From: Polyangiales bacterium
GTDB taxonomy: Bacteria > Myxococcota_A > Polyangia > Polyangiales > Ga0077539
Direction of reading: 5' to 3'
Assembly: GCA_046351515.1 (NCBI GenBank)
Contig: JAXLYJ010000005.1
Span: 434,892-490,825 of the forward strand
DNA: 55,934 nucleotides
How positions within the stretch are numbered: the first letter of the stretch is position 1; every line of letters begins with the position of its first letter. Shown piece by piece: positions 37,462-46,609 of the stretch. Position numbers and translations under genes: made by a program. The notes below the pieces were generated by a model. It had not been told where the DNA came from, made no database searches, and was given only the letters and a program-made list of their open reading frames with translations.

Positions 37462-39000
37462 TCACAGACACGGAACGCCCGGCCGCGGCACGCACCCGCC
37501 GCGGGGCGCCGTTCGTGCACTGCCTCCGGTGCCCGTGTTGCTGTTGCGCGCTGCGTTCTGCCTCGGATTCACACGGGGCTGCGTCGCAACGCCCGAGTCG
37601 TGCGGCTCGTTGCTCTGCGCGACTGCCACGCCCGCGTCCTCGCTCACTTCTTGCGCGGCGATGCCCGAGTCCGCGGCGACCGCCTCAGAGGGACCGTTCG
37701 CCGCGGCGTTGCTCGGCGCTCCGGCGTCCGCGACCGCGCTCGTGGCTGCGCCTCGATCTCGCGCGGCGTTGCCTTCGCTGTTCGCGTTGGCGTTGCCGCT
37801 CTTCATCGCCATCGCGATTCCGACGCCCCCGAGCACCAACGCGAGCACGCCCACTCCGATGAGGACAGGAACGGCCTTCGACTTCGGCTTCTCGGGGATC
37901 TGCGTCGCGACGCCTTGCACCATCGAGGCTTGCGACGGTTCGGCGCCTGGCAGCCCCTTGCTCTTGATCGAGTTGAGCCCCGAGACGCCGGAGTGCGCGG
38001 CGATTCCGCTCACCTTCGAGATCGAGGCGCTGCCGGTCATATGCCGCTCGCGGATCTGCTGCGGCATCTTCACGCCTTCGCACAGCGGTCGAATCGCGGT
38101 GAGCAGCTCGGCGACCGCCATCGCGCTCGGCGGTCGCTGCTCTCGATCACGAGCCAGCGTTTGCAGGACCACTTGCTCGAGCTCGACGGGGAGCCACGGA
38201 GAGATCTCGCGAGGCATCGCGAAGGCGGCGCCCTGAAGAACCTTCGCCATGGCCACGCCGGTCTCGTCGTTTTCGTACGGTCGCTTGCGGGTGAGCAGCA
38301 GGTAGAGCATCACGCCGAGCGCATACACGTCGACGCGAAGATCGATGTCTTTGCGTCCAGCGGCCTGCTCGATCGGCATGTAGTGCGCAGAGCCGATGAC
38401 AGCGCCGGTCGAGGTCTGCTCGCCCGCGTCGATGTCGCGCGCCGCGCCCAAGTCAATGAGCTTCGGAACGACGTTTCCCTGCGGATCCTTCGCGAGAAAC
38501 ACGTTCGCTGGCTTCACGTCGCGGTGGATGATGCCGGCGTCGTGGATCGCCTGCAGCCCCGCGCACACCGGGATGATCAGGTCGATCGCGACCGTCGGAT
38601 GCAGCGGCGTCTCGCGCTTGGCGAGGTCTTGCAGCGACTCGCCTTCGAGCAGCTCCATCGGCAAGAACATGGTCTGGCCGTCCATCGCTGGCTCGAGCAT
38701 CTTGACCACGTTGGGGTGCGAGATTCGCGCGGCGAGCTGCGCTTCACGGACGAAGCGCTGCACGAACTCGGGGTTCGACGAGAGCGACGGAAGGATCACC
38801 TTCACCGCGCGAAGATCACCGAGGATGCGGTTGCGAGCTCGATACACAGAGCCCATTCCGCCGGCGGCGATGAACGAGATGATCTCGTAGGCTCCGAGGA
38901 TGGTTCCGGGGGCGAGGCGATCTGTTTGGTTCATCGACGGGTCCGCGCGATCCGGCGAAATGTATCGCGGATCAGAAGCGCGCGCCGCAGATAACTCCAT
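37462..39000 (-). CDS. Membrane-anchored Ser/Thr protein kinase (kinase domain, one TM segment, low-complexity Ala/Asn/Ser C-terminal tail)
   Basis: Hanks motifs GAYEIISFIAAGGMGSVYRA…AVKVI…HRDVKPANVFL…DLGAARD…. TM VPVLIGVGVLALVLGGVGIAMA. Start ATG (MEL…) by residue counting; alternative MNQTD at 38934. Confidence 0.8.
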   Translation of the reverse strand: MELSAARASDPRYISPDRADPSMNQTDRLAPGTILGAYEIISFIAAGGMGSVYRARNRILGDLRAVKVILPSLSSNPEFVQRFVREAQLAARISHPNVVKMLEPAMDGQTMFLPMELLEGESLQDLAKRETPLHPTVAIDLIIPVCAGLQAIHDAGIIHRDVKPANVFLAKDPQGNVVPKLIDLGAARDIDAGEQTSTGAVIGSAHYMPIEQAAGRKDIDLRVDVYALGVMLYLLLTRKRPYENDETGVAMAKVLQGAAFAMPREISPWLPVELEQVVLQTLARDREQRPPSAMAVAELLTAIRPLCEGVKMPQQIRERHMTGSASISKVSGIAAHSGVSGLNSIKSKGLPGAEPSQASMVQGVATQIPEKPKSKAVPVLIGVGVLALVLGGVGIAMAMKSGNANANSEGNAARDRGAATSAVADAGAPSNAAANGPSEAVAADSGIAAQEVSEDAGVAVAQSNEPHDSGVATQPRVNPRQNAARNSNTGTGGSARTAPRGGCVPRPGVPCL

Positions 39001-40168
39001 GCTGCGCGCCAACTTGCGGAGCGCAGTACGGCGCCGCGCTCTGGGCGCTCGACGCTCTCGGCGCGCTCGCGAACCACAGTCCTAGCGTCACGCCCGCGCC
39101 GATGAGCAGACCGCCCGCGACCACGCCCGTCGTGATCTGCGTGGCAAATACCGCGTCGCGCTCGCCCGCCACCGCACGGCACGCCGAGACGATGTCGGGG
39201 TCTGTTGGGTTGGTGCACTCGGGCTTGCTGAGCTCTGCGACGCGCCCTCCGTACCAGACCGTCGCGCCGACAAATCCGCCCGCCACCGCGATCGCCCCCA
39301 CGCCGAGCGCGATCGGAACGATCGGCGCACCTCGCGCCCGCCTCGGCTCGGGCGTAGGCCCATCCACGGGCCCGCCGCCGCTCGCGCTCGATCCCGCGCT
39401 CCCAGTCTCGCCGTTGCCGTTGTTGCCGCTGCTCGCGCTGTTGCTCTGCGAGGCGCTGGTCGCGCTCGCGCCGCTGCTCCCGCTGGTGTTCGCGTTCGAC
39501 GCGCTCGTGCCGCTCGTGCTCGTGCCGCTCGCGCTCGTGCTGCCGCTCGAGGCGCTTCCGGGCTCGAACAGCTCGCGCCGCGTTTCTCCGGGGCGCATCG
39601 TGAAGACTCGCCGCACCGCGCCGATGCTCGGCGCGAAGACTTGCACTGCGATTTCTCCGGGCGCGAGACGAATATTCGCTCGCGGAAGCGTCCCGTATCC
39701 GCGCCCGTTCACCATCACGCTCGAGTCCGCGACGTTGCCCTCGAGCGAGAGCGTCGCGATGCGCGTCTGAATCACGGCGAACTGCGTCGCCACGCGCTCG
39801 CGCGTTCCCTCGTCCAGCGTGTGCAGCGGACGCGCCTCGAGAAACGCGTCCAAGCTCTCGGCCGCGTCGACGTAGCGACCGAGTCCCGCGAGCGCATACG
39901 CGCGCATCTCGAGCGCGTTGATGTCACCCGCGAGGCACTGCGCTTCGAACGCTTCGAGCGCCGCCGCCATCTCGACGCGGTTCACCGGATCGCGCGCGAT
40001 CGCCGTTCGATAGCGGCGCAATCCCTCGGTGCGAGAGCGCGCTTGCGTCGCAGCGTCGCTGCCCGAGCACCGCGGGGCCTGGGCGATCGCCGTGTTGCTC
40101 GCCACCGTCGCGAGCACCGCCACCACACCCGCGATCGTCGATCGCATCAAAGCCATTCGAGCCGTCAT
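38972..40168 (-). CDS. Hypothetical secreted/membrane-anchored protein with an about 60-aa Ser/Gly/Thr/Asn low-complexity linker and a C-terminal TM segment
   Basis: Signal peptide MTARMALMRSTIAGVVAVLATVASNTAIAQA. Helical domain, then SGSTSASGTSTSGTSASNANTSGSS… linker, then TM helices (VVAGGLLIGAGVTLGLWF). Overlaps the downstream kinase start by about 29 nt. The C-terminal tail may be partly frame artefact. Confidence 0.55.
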   Translation of the reverse strand: MTARMALMRSTIAGVVAVLATVASNTAIAQAPRCSGSDAATQARSRTEGLRRYRTAIARDPVNRVEMAAALEAFEAQCLAGDINALEMRAYALAGLGRYVDAAESLDAFLEARPLHTLDEGTRERVATQFAVIQTRIATLSLEGNVADSSVMVNGRGYGTLPRANIRLAPGEIAVQVFAPSIGAVRRVFTMRPGETRRELFEPGSASSGSTSASGTSTSGTSASNANTSGSSGASATSASQSNSASSGNNGNGETGSAGSSASGGGPVDGPTPEPRRARGAPIVPIALGVGAIAVAGGFVGATVWYGGRVAELSKPECTNPTDPDIVSACRAVAGERDAVFATQITTGVVAGGLLIGAGVTLGLWFASAPRASSAQSAAPYCAPQVGAQHGVICGARF

Positions 40169-40296
40169 CGTTGCCGCGCACGGTAGCAACGTCGAATCGG
40201 CGCGGTCTACCGTCGGCGAATCATCGCTCGCGATCGATCGAACCGCGCTTCGATCGCCGATCAAAGGTCGGTGCGCGGTGTACACTTCACGCGCAG

Positions 40297-41586
40297 ATGG
40301 GCGTTCGAGACTGGTTCAAACGCGTGTTCGGCGGCGGAAATAGCACCGAGGGAGCGGAGAGCGAGAGCGGCGACGCGGCCGAGGTTCCGCCGGTGGTCAC
40401 GGCGTCGCAGAGCGCGCCAAAACCCGCGCCCGTCGACGCGTCGCGACGGCTCGCAGAGGTCTCTCAGCAGCTTCGAAAGCTCGCTCCAGCACAGGCGATC
40501 GCGCAGGCCATCGCGACGCTCGACGCGACGCAAGACCAGGCCGAAGCCGCCGCGCTCACCGAGTACCTTCGACGCATCGCCGAAGAGCCCACCCTCAACG
40601 CCGACGCACGCATCCGCCTGTCCGATTGGTTCGCCGCCCGCGGTGATGGCTCGCTCGCGAGCCGAGTGCTCGTCGCGCTCGTCACCGAAGGGGACGCCGC
40701 TGCGCTGCCCGCGCTCGTGCGCCTCGCAGACCTCGCCAGTCAGCGCGGAGACTCACCCGAGCAAGTGCGCTTGTACGACGAGATCCTCGCGATCGACGTG
40801 GGATTTCCCGGCGTGCGCGAGCGATTGGCGCGGCTGAGGGCGCCCGCGAAGGCCGGCGAAGCTGGAGCGACGCTCATCGCGCCCGAAGCGACGCGCCTCG
40901 GCGCAGGACGGTTCGAGCTCATCAGCGAGCTCGGTCGCGGTGGCGCGGGCGCGGTGTTCGTCGCGCGTGACTCCAAGACCCAGCGCGTCGTCGCACTCAA
41001 GCTCTATCACCCTGGATCGCGCGGCGATCGCAACGCGCGACTCCGCACCGAAGCGCAGGTCGCTTGCGCGAACGGCAGCCGTCACGTCGTCAAGGTCTTC
41101 GATCTGCTCGACGACATCGGCGCGATCACGATGGAGCACTGCGCGGCTCCCACGCTGCGGCGCATGATCGCTCGCGGAGAAGGCGGCGTCGGACAACGCC
41201 GAGCGTGGGCGAGGGGCGTCGCTCACGCGCTCGCGGTCACGCACGGCAACGGATGGGTGCACCGAGACCTCAAACCCGGCAACGTCCTTCAGCGCGCCGA
41301 CGGGAGCGCGGTGCTCACAGACTTCGGCCTCGCCGCGAAGATCGGCGCGGCGGTCGAGCCCGCTGAAGGCACCGCCGGATACACCCCGCCCGAGGCGCGA
41401 ACCACGCGCCTCGCCGATCCGCGCGCGGACGTCTTCGCCTTCGGCGCGCTCGTCCGGGAGCTCGCCGCAGGACGCGACCCGTCGCTCGAGTCCATCGCGA
41501 CCACGTGCACCGCGGCCGACCCTTCGCAGCGACCTCGTGACGGAGCGGCGCTGCTCGCGGCGATCGACGCGCTGAGCCTCTCGTGA
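40297..41586 (+). CDS. Ser/Thr protein kinase with an about 230-aa N-terminal helical regulatory region. The kinase domain is degenerate at the Gly-loop.
   Basis: C-terminal Hanks motifs (FELISELGRGGAGAVFVARD…ALKLY…HRDLKPGNVL…TDFGLA…GYTPPE). Start MGVRDWFKRVFGG by residue counting. Confidence 0.8.
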   Translation: MGVRDWFKRVFGGGNSTEGAESESGDAAEVPPVVTASQSAPKPAPVDASRRLAEVSQQLRKLAPAQAIAQAIATLDATQDQAEAAALTEYLRRIAEEPTLNADARIRLSDWFAARGDGSLASRVLVALVTEGDAAALPALVRLADLASQRGDSPEQVRLYDEILAIDVGFPGVRERLARLRAPAKAGEAGATLIAPEATRLGAGRFELISELGRGGAGAVFVARDSKTQRVVALKLYHPGSRGDRNARLRTEAQVACANGSRHVVKVFDLLDDIGAITMEHCAAPTLRRMIARGEGGVGQRRAWARGVAHALAVTHGNGWVHRDLKPGNVLQRADGSAVLTDFGLAAKIGAAVEPAEGTAGYTPPEARTTRLADPRADVFAFGALVRELAAGRDPSLESIATTCTAADPSQRPRDGAALLAAIDALSLS

Positions 41587-42899
41587 CCGCCTCGCTTCGC
41601 TCGCGCGCGCTCGCGGCGACGATCGACGCCGCGCTCGTGGTCGCGCTCGTCGAGGCCTCGCGGCTGCTCATCAACGTCCCCTCGACGCGCTCGGTCGCCC
41701 TTTGGTCGAGCGCGCTCTTCGCCTCGATGGGCGTCGCGATCATCTGCTTGTTCGCTGCTGGGTTGATTGTGTGTGCGTTGCCAGCGCCGTCGGCGTCCGT
41801 CCGCCGCGCGCTTCGGTGGGCGCTCGCGCTCGGCGCGCTGGCCGCGTTGTTCGCAGGGCGCCCGATCGCCTTCGCGCTCTGCGTGCTCGGCGCGCGGGGC
41901 TGGGGCGCGAGCGCGGCGGGCGCGGGCTTCACTCGCGCGCTGGCCGCAGCGTTTTCAGCGCTCTTCGCGATCGCGAGCCTCGGGTCGAGCCACGTGCTTC
42001 GCGCGCATCTCTCGCAGGACACGCTCGTGATCGGTCCGCCGATTCGATGGCTCGCTGCGCGTGCTCCCGCGCCTTCGCTGCTCCCGCTCGCCGCGCCTCG
42101 TCCTGCGCTCGAACCGCCGTTCGGCCACGCGCTGGTCATCGTGATCGAGCTGCGCGCGCTCGCGCCGGAGCTCGCGATGTCCATGGGCTCTGCGCAGCTC
42201 GTCGCGCGCAACGGAGCGCTGTTCATCGACGCGCGTCGCGCGACCGAGGGCCGCTCAGCGCTCTCGGCGTGGGACGCGCGGTTCTCGGGTACGGGCGCGA
42301 CCCGCTACGTTCGCTGCGACGAGGGGCGCTCGATCGAGCCATGCGCGCTCGCCGCGCTCGCGTCGCGCGATCCGCTCGTCCTCTGGCTGCGCACGCGCGA
42401 GCGCAACCCTGCGATCATCGACCGCCAGCTCGCGACGGTCCTTCGCGCCGCGCACGCGCGGACGCCGTTGTCTTCTGCGCTCGTCGCGATGACGAGCGAG
42501 CGCGAGCCGAGCGGCTCGTGGCTCGACGACCGAAACACGCGCGCGCTGGTGCTTCTGTCGGCGCGCGGGATTTCGCGGGGCGTCGTTCGAGGCGCGATTC
42601 GCGTCGACGAGGTGGCCTCGGCGCTCGACGCGATCGAAGCGCGCGTCGATGATCCTGTGCTGGCGCTCGCGCAGCGCCGCGTCCCGTGGTTCGACCGAAC
42701 GGTGGTGCTCACGACGACGCGGGGCGCGGTCTCTGTTCGCTCGGCGCACAGCGCGCGGGCGTCTCTCGTGGTGGCGCCGACGCGGTGGGGCGTCGCGCTG
42801 TTCGACCACGAGCTCGACCCGAACGAGCGCGTCAATCGCGCGGACGTGCTGCGGTCCGTGGTGCGCTCGATGGGCGCGCGCATGGGCGCGGCGCTGTGA
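41583..42899 (+). CDS. Hypothetical polytopic membrane protein with a soluble C-terminal half, translationally coupled to the upstream kinase (GTGA overlap)
   Basis: Four to five hydrophobic helices in the first about 170 aa. Coding-like GC3 throughout. No recognisable family motifs. Confidence 0.5.
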   Translation: MTASLRSRALAATIDAALVVALVEASRLLINVPSTRSVALWSSALFASMGVAIICLFAAGLIVCALPAPSASVRRALRWALALGALAALFAGRPIAFALCVLGARGWGASAAGAGFTRALAAAFSALFAIASLGSSHVLRAHLSQDTLVIGPPIRWLAARAPAPSLLPLAAPRPALEPPFGHALVIVIELRALAPELAMSMGSAQLVARNGALFIDARRATEGRSALSAWDARFSGTGATRYVRCDEGRSIEPCALAALASRDPLVLWLRTRERNPAIIDRQLATVLRAAHARTPLSSALVAMTSEREPSGSWLDDRNTRALVLLSARGISRGVVRGAIRVDEVASALDAIEARVDDPVLALAQRRVPWFDRTVVLTTTRGAVSVRSAHSARASLVVAPTRWGVALFDHELDPNERVNRADVLRSVVRSMGARMGAAL

Positions 42900-42958
42900 C
42901 TCTGCAGCTCTCGTGACAAACGATCGCGCGCTCGGCGATCTTCGCTCGTCCACACCCC

Positions 42959-43726
42959 ATGAAGCTCGTCACCTGGAACGTGAACTCAGTCCGCGTGCGG
43001 CACGATCGGCTGCTCGCCTTCGTGCAACGACACGAGCCCGACGTGCTCTGCCTGCAAGAGCTCAAGTGCGTCGATGAGCAGTTTCCTCGAGACGCGCTGC
43101 GGTCGAAGGGCTACTCGACGGCGCTCTTCGGGCAGAAGACGTACAACGGCGTGGCTGTGATTTCGCGAGGAGAAATCCAGTCGATTCGACGATCGTTCGA
43201 GGACGGCGCAGACGATCCGCAGGCGCGGTTCATCGTCGTCGAGACCCTGGGCGTGCGCGTCGCGAGCGCGTACATCCCGAACGGCTCCGAGGTCGGAAGC
43301 GACAAATGGACGTACAAGCTGCAGTGGCTCGGTCGCCTTCGCCGCTGGCTCACCGCCAACGTGAAGCGCGACGAGAGCTTCGCGCTGTGCGGTGACTTCA
43401 ACATCGCGCCCGACGACACCGACGTGAAGAACCCCAAGGACTGGGCGGACGGAACGCTCTGCCACGACGACGTTCGCTCGGCCTATCGCGCGCTGTTGTC
43501 CGACGGATACGAAGACCTCGTGCGGAGGTTTCACCCCGAGGGCGGTCCGCTCACGTGGTGGGACTATCGCCGCGGCGCGTTTCCGAAGGACGACGGCCTG
43601 CGCATCGATCACGTGCTCGCGACCGAGCCGCTCGCTCGCCGAGCCACGGCCGCGAGCGTCGATCGCGAAGAGCGCAAAGGCGAGGGGGCGTCCGACCACG
43701 CCCCGGTGATCGTGACCTTCGACTGA
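42959..43726 (+). CDS. xthA: Exodeoxyribonuclease III (AP endonuclease)
   Basis: MKLVTWNVNS…LCLQELK…GDFNIAPDD…SDHAPV. Full EEP-family catalytic motifs. 255 aa. Confidence 0.93.
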   Translation: MKLVTWNVNSVRVRHDRLLAFVQRHEPDVLCLQELKCVDEQFPRDALRSKGYSTALFGQKTYNGVAVISRGEIQSIRRSFEDGADDPQARFIVVETLGVRVASAYIPNGSEVGSDKWTYKLQWLGRLRRWLTANVKRDESFALCGDFNIAPDDTDVKNPKDWADGTLCHDDVRSAYRALLSDGYEDLVRRFHPEGGPLTWWDYRRGAFPKDDGLRIDHVLATEPLARRATAASVDREERKGEGASDHAPVIVTFD

Positions 43727-43733
43727 GCCGCGT

Positions 43734-44225
43734 TCAGAGCGCTGGCAGGTCGAAGTACAGCTCGAACGACGCGGTGATCTCGGGCGCGTCGGTCGCCGGC
43801 GGATGAATGCGCTCGACCGCGCCGCGCACGCACTGACGCAGCGTCGCGTTGCGCGCGACGGGCGCGCCCGACAGCTCGGTGACGCGCATGCCGCGCCCCT
43901 CGGCGTTGAAGAACACGCGCGCCACCCCGCGGGCGCCCGCGCCGTTCGCGCACGCCACGAGCTGCGGCCACGCGTCGCGCGCGATCGCGTGGAGCACCGC
44001 GCGCATGCGCACTCCGTCGTTGACCCGAAGCGCCGTGAGCTGCAGCGCCACTCTCGGCGCGGGCGCGCTCGGCGCTCGGGTCGTTGCGCGCGCGGTGGCC
44101 ACGCGCCCTGCTCGTCCGGCTCGGCCAATGGCCTCGCTCGGCGCGCTGCTCGAGAGCAGCGACGCCGCGACGAGCGCCGCCAAGGGCCAACGCGTGGCCC
44201 TCGATGAACGTCGCGAGAGACTCAT
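43734..44225 (-). CDS. Small secreted protein consisting essentially of an AgmX/PglI-like (TonB-C-like) Cys-pair domain
   Basis: Signal peptide MSLSRRSSRATRWPLAALVAASLLSSSAPSEA. The domain …LVACANGAGARGVARVFFNAEGRGMRVTELSGAPVARNATLRQCVRGAVERIHPP aligns with the C-terminus of the CDS at 6..1112. Upstream Arg-rich part of the tracked ORF is rejected. Confidence 0.55.
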   Translation of the reverse strand: MSLSRRSSRATRWPLAALVAASLLSSSAPSEAIGRAGRAGRVATARATTRAPSAPAPRVALQLTALRVNDGVRMRAVLHAIARDAWPQLVACANGAGARGVARVFFNAEGRGMRVTELSGAPVARNATLRQCVRGAVERIHPPATDAPEITASFELYFDLPAL

Positions 44226-44287
44226 GCTCTCGCCGCTACCACTGACACCCACACGCGATCGAATTTGTTGCGAGACGACGTCGCTCT

Positions 44288-45283
44288 CTACGCCGTCGCG
44301 CGCTGCAGTCGATCGCGCGCGCCGTCCCACGCGCTGGTGCTCGGGACGCGCTCGCACACGATCGCGACGCAGCCCTGCTCATCGAGCCAGTGCAACCGCT
44401 CGTACAACGCCGCGGCGTACTCTTTGGCGTCCGCGCTCATCTCGACGACGAGCACGCCGTCGCTCGCGCTCACGGGCCCCGATCCCACCGTGAGCACGCC
44501 GGTGATGCCGGAGCTCTCGCGGACGAGCTCGCTGAGCTGCGCGCGCTCGGCGAGGATCAACTTCGCGCGCGGCGCGTAGTGCTTCGCGTCCATCCCCGGC
44601 GACGGTCGCGCTTGTCCGTCGCGCAGCACCGCGGAGCGCTGCTCGGCGCGCGGCGCGATCGCGCGAAGCTCGTCGATGGTGATCGTCCCGGGGCGCAGGA
44701 TCACCGGGTGATCGCCGCACAGATCGACGACGGTGCTCTCGATCCCGACGCGGCACGGCCCGCCGTCGAGCACCACGTCGATGCGCCCGTCGAGCGCGCG
44801 CAGCACGTGCGCGGCGGTCGTGGGAGACAGCTCGTTCGATCGGTTGGCGCTCGGCGCGGCGATCGGTCGATCCACCGCGCGCAAGAGCGCGAGCGCGACG
44901 GGATGCGCTGGCACCCGGATCGCCATCGCGTCCAATCCGCCGCACACCGAGCGAGGAATCTTCGTCGCGCGCGGGACCACCAAGGTGAGCGGCCCCGGCC
45001 AGAATCGCTCGGCGAGCGCTTCGGCCACGTCGCTCCATGACGGGGCGAGCTCGCGCGCTGCGTGCACGCTGCCGACGTGCGTGATCAGCGGGTTGTGCGA
45101 GGGCCTGCCTTTGGCCTCGTAGATCTTCTTCGCCGCGGCCTCGTCGTCCGCCAGCGCGCCCAGGCCGTACACCGTCTCTGTGGGAAACGCCACGAGCCCG
45201 CGACGCAGCAACACCTGCGCGCAGCGCTCGATGCGGTCGGGCTCGGGCGAGCGCGGATCGACGGCGATCAGTTCAGTTTGCAT
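44288..45283 (-). CDS. tsaC: L-threonylcarbamoyladenylate synthase (Sua5/YrdC/YwlC family, long form with a Sua5 C-terminal domain)
   Basis: YrdC-domain motifs …VAFPTETVYGLGA…KGRPSHNPLI…AAPSANRSNELSPTTA…. 331 aa. Confidence 0.9.
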   Translation of the reverse strand: MQTELIAVDPRSPEPDRIERCAQVLLRRGLVAFPTETVYGLGALADDEAAAKKIYEAKGRPSHNPLITHVGSVHAARELAPSWSDVAEALAERFWPGPLTLVVPRATKIPRSVCGGLDAMAIRVPAHPVALALLRAVDRPIAAPSANRSNELSPTTAAHVLRALDGRIDVVLDGGPCRVGIESTVVDLCGDHPVILRPGTITIDELRAIAPRAEQRSAVLRDGQARPSPGMDAKHYAPRAKLILAERAQLSELVRESSGITGVLTVGSGPVSASDGVLVVEMSADAKEYAAALYERLHWLDEQGCVAIVCERVPSTSAWDGARDRLQRATA

Positions 45284-45338
45284 TGTAAATTCTCAGGCGA
45301 TTCAACAGCGCCACCGTTCGACGCTACCATCGACGGCG

Positions 45339-46562
45339 ATGCACGGCGCTCTTCGTAGGTCTCGGCGCGACGCGATCGCCTCGCTCGCGCTCTCCGCTGC
45401 TACTCCTTGCCTCTCGTGGGCGCGCAGGGCAAGCGCGCAGAGCGCGACGCGCCCCAGCGGCTTCGATCCGAGCAAGACACGCGCGTTGATCGTGGGGATC
45501 TTGTCGTGGCGCGACCGGCGATTTCGATCGTTTCCGACCGAGGGCCGACGGGACGCGACGCTCGTCGAGCTGTTGCGTCGAAAGGGCGTCCCGAGCGCGA
45601 ACGTGACGTTTCTTCGCGATCAACAAGCGACGAAGCAGAACATCCAGCGAGCGTTCGACGCGGCGCTTCGCGCGACGCAGCCCGACGAGACGCTGCTCGT
45701 GTACTACGCGGGGCACGGCGCGCGGGTCGAGAGCGGCGAGGCGTTCTTCGTGGCGCACGACGCGACGAGCGGGCAGCTCGAGCGCACGGGCTGGTCGATG
45801 CGCTCGGTGGTCGACGCTGTGACGCGCAGTGATTTTCGCGGCCGATCGCTGCTCGCCGCGGACTGCTGCTACTCGGGATCGCTCACGCAAGAGGTCCGAG
45901 CGCGCACGAGCGGCCGACCTGTCGCCACGCTCACCAGCTCGATGGCGAGCGTCGTGAGCACGGGCAATTGGACCTTCACTGAGTGCCTGCTCGCGGGATT
46001 CGAAGGGCAGGGGGTCTGCGATCTCGCGCGGGACGGAAGAGTCACGCTCGATGACCTCGGGCGGTTCACCGACGCGCAGATGGCGTTCGCAGAAGAGCAG
46101 CTCGCGACGTGGAGCGCGCACAACGGATTCGCCGCGGATTGGGTGCTCGCTTCGGCTGCGGCGCGGAGCTGCGCCCGAGAAGGCGAGCGGATCGAGGTGC
46201 TCTACCGTGGCCAGTGGTATCGCGCACAGATCGAAGGCGAGCGCCCTGGCGCGGTCCGAGTGCACTACATCGGGTACAGGCGAGACTGGGACGAGTGGGT
46301 CACCGCGGATCGGTGCAGGCGCTTCGCGCCGCAGCGCTTCGCGATCGGCTCGTCGATCGACGTCGAGTGGAACGGCGCGTGGTACCCAGCCTCCGTCCTC
46401 GCCGAACGCGACGGGATCCACCACGTTCACTACGACGGATTCACGTCGGTGTGGGACGAGTGGGTCGCATCGCGCCGGTGCCGAGCGCGCGGCGTTGCAG
46501 CCGCTCGCAGCGCTCCCTCGAGCGCGGGCTCCAATCGCAACATCGGCCGCAGAAGTCGCTGA
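45339..46562 (+). CDS. Secreted (probable Tat signal) caspase-like peptidase (C14 family) with two C-terminal Tudor/Agenet-like domains
   Basis: Twin-Arg signal MHGALRRSRRDAIASLALSAA…ASA. Caspase His/Cys dyad context LVYYAGHGA…LLAADCCYSGS. Two repeats of …YRGQWYRAQIEG…VHYIGYRRDWDEWVTADRCR… and …VEWNGAWYPASVLAE…VHYDGFTSVWDEWVASRRCR…. Confidence 0.8.
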   Translation: MHGALRRSRRDAIASLALSAATPCLSWARRASAQSATRPSGFDPSKTRALIVGILSWRDRRFRSFPTEGRRDATLVELLRRKGVPSANVTFLRDQQATKQNIQRAFDAALRATQPDETLLVYYAGHGARVESGEAFFVAHDATSGQLERTGWSMRSVVDAVTRSDFRGRSLLAADCCYSGSLTQEVRARTSGRPVATLTSSMASVVSTGNWTFTECLLAGFEGQGVCDLARDGRVTLDDLGRFTDAQMAFAEEQLATWSAHNGFAADWVLASAAARSCAREGERIEVLYRGQWYRAQIEGERPGAVRVHYIGYRRDWDEWVTADRCRRFAPQRFAIGSSIDVEWNGAWYPASVLAERDGIHHVHYDGFTSVWDEWVASRRCRARGVAAARSAPSSAGSNRNIGRRSR

Positions 46563-46609
46563 GCGCGCGCTGGACGCTCGCGGGGCGTTCAGGCAAAGGT
46601 TGCTATGAG

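Noticed and set aside
39300-39560. Imperfect short tandem nucleotide repeats (also 47620..47730 and about 55010..55100)
   Set aside because: They encode Ser/Gly/Thr or Ala/Asp low-complexity protein linkers inside genes. They are not CRISPR arrays, because there are no constant-length repeats and spacers and no cas genes.
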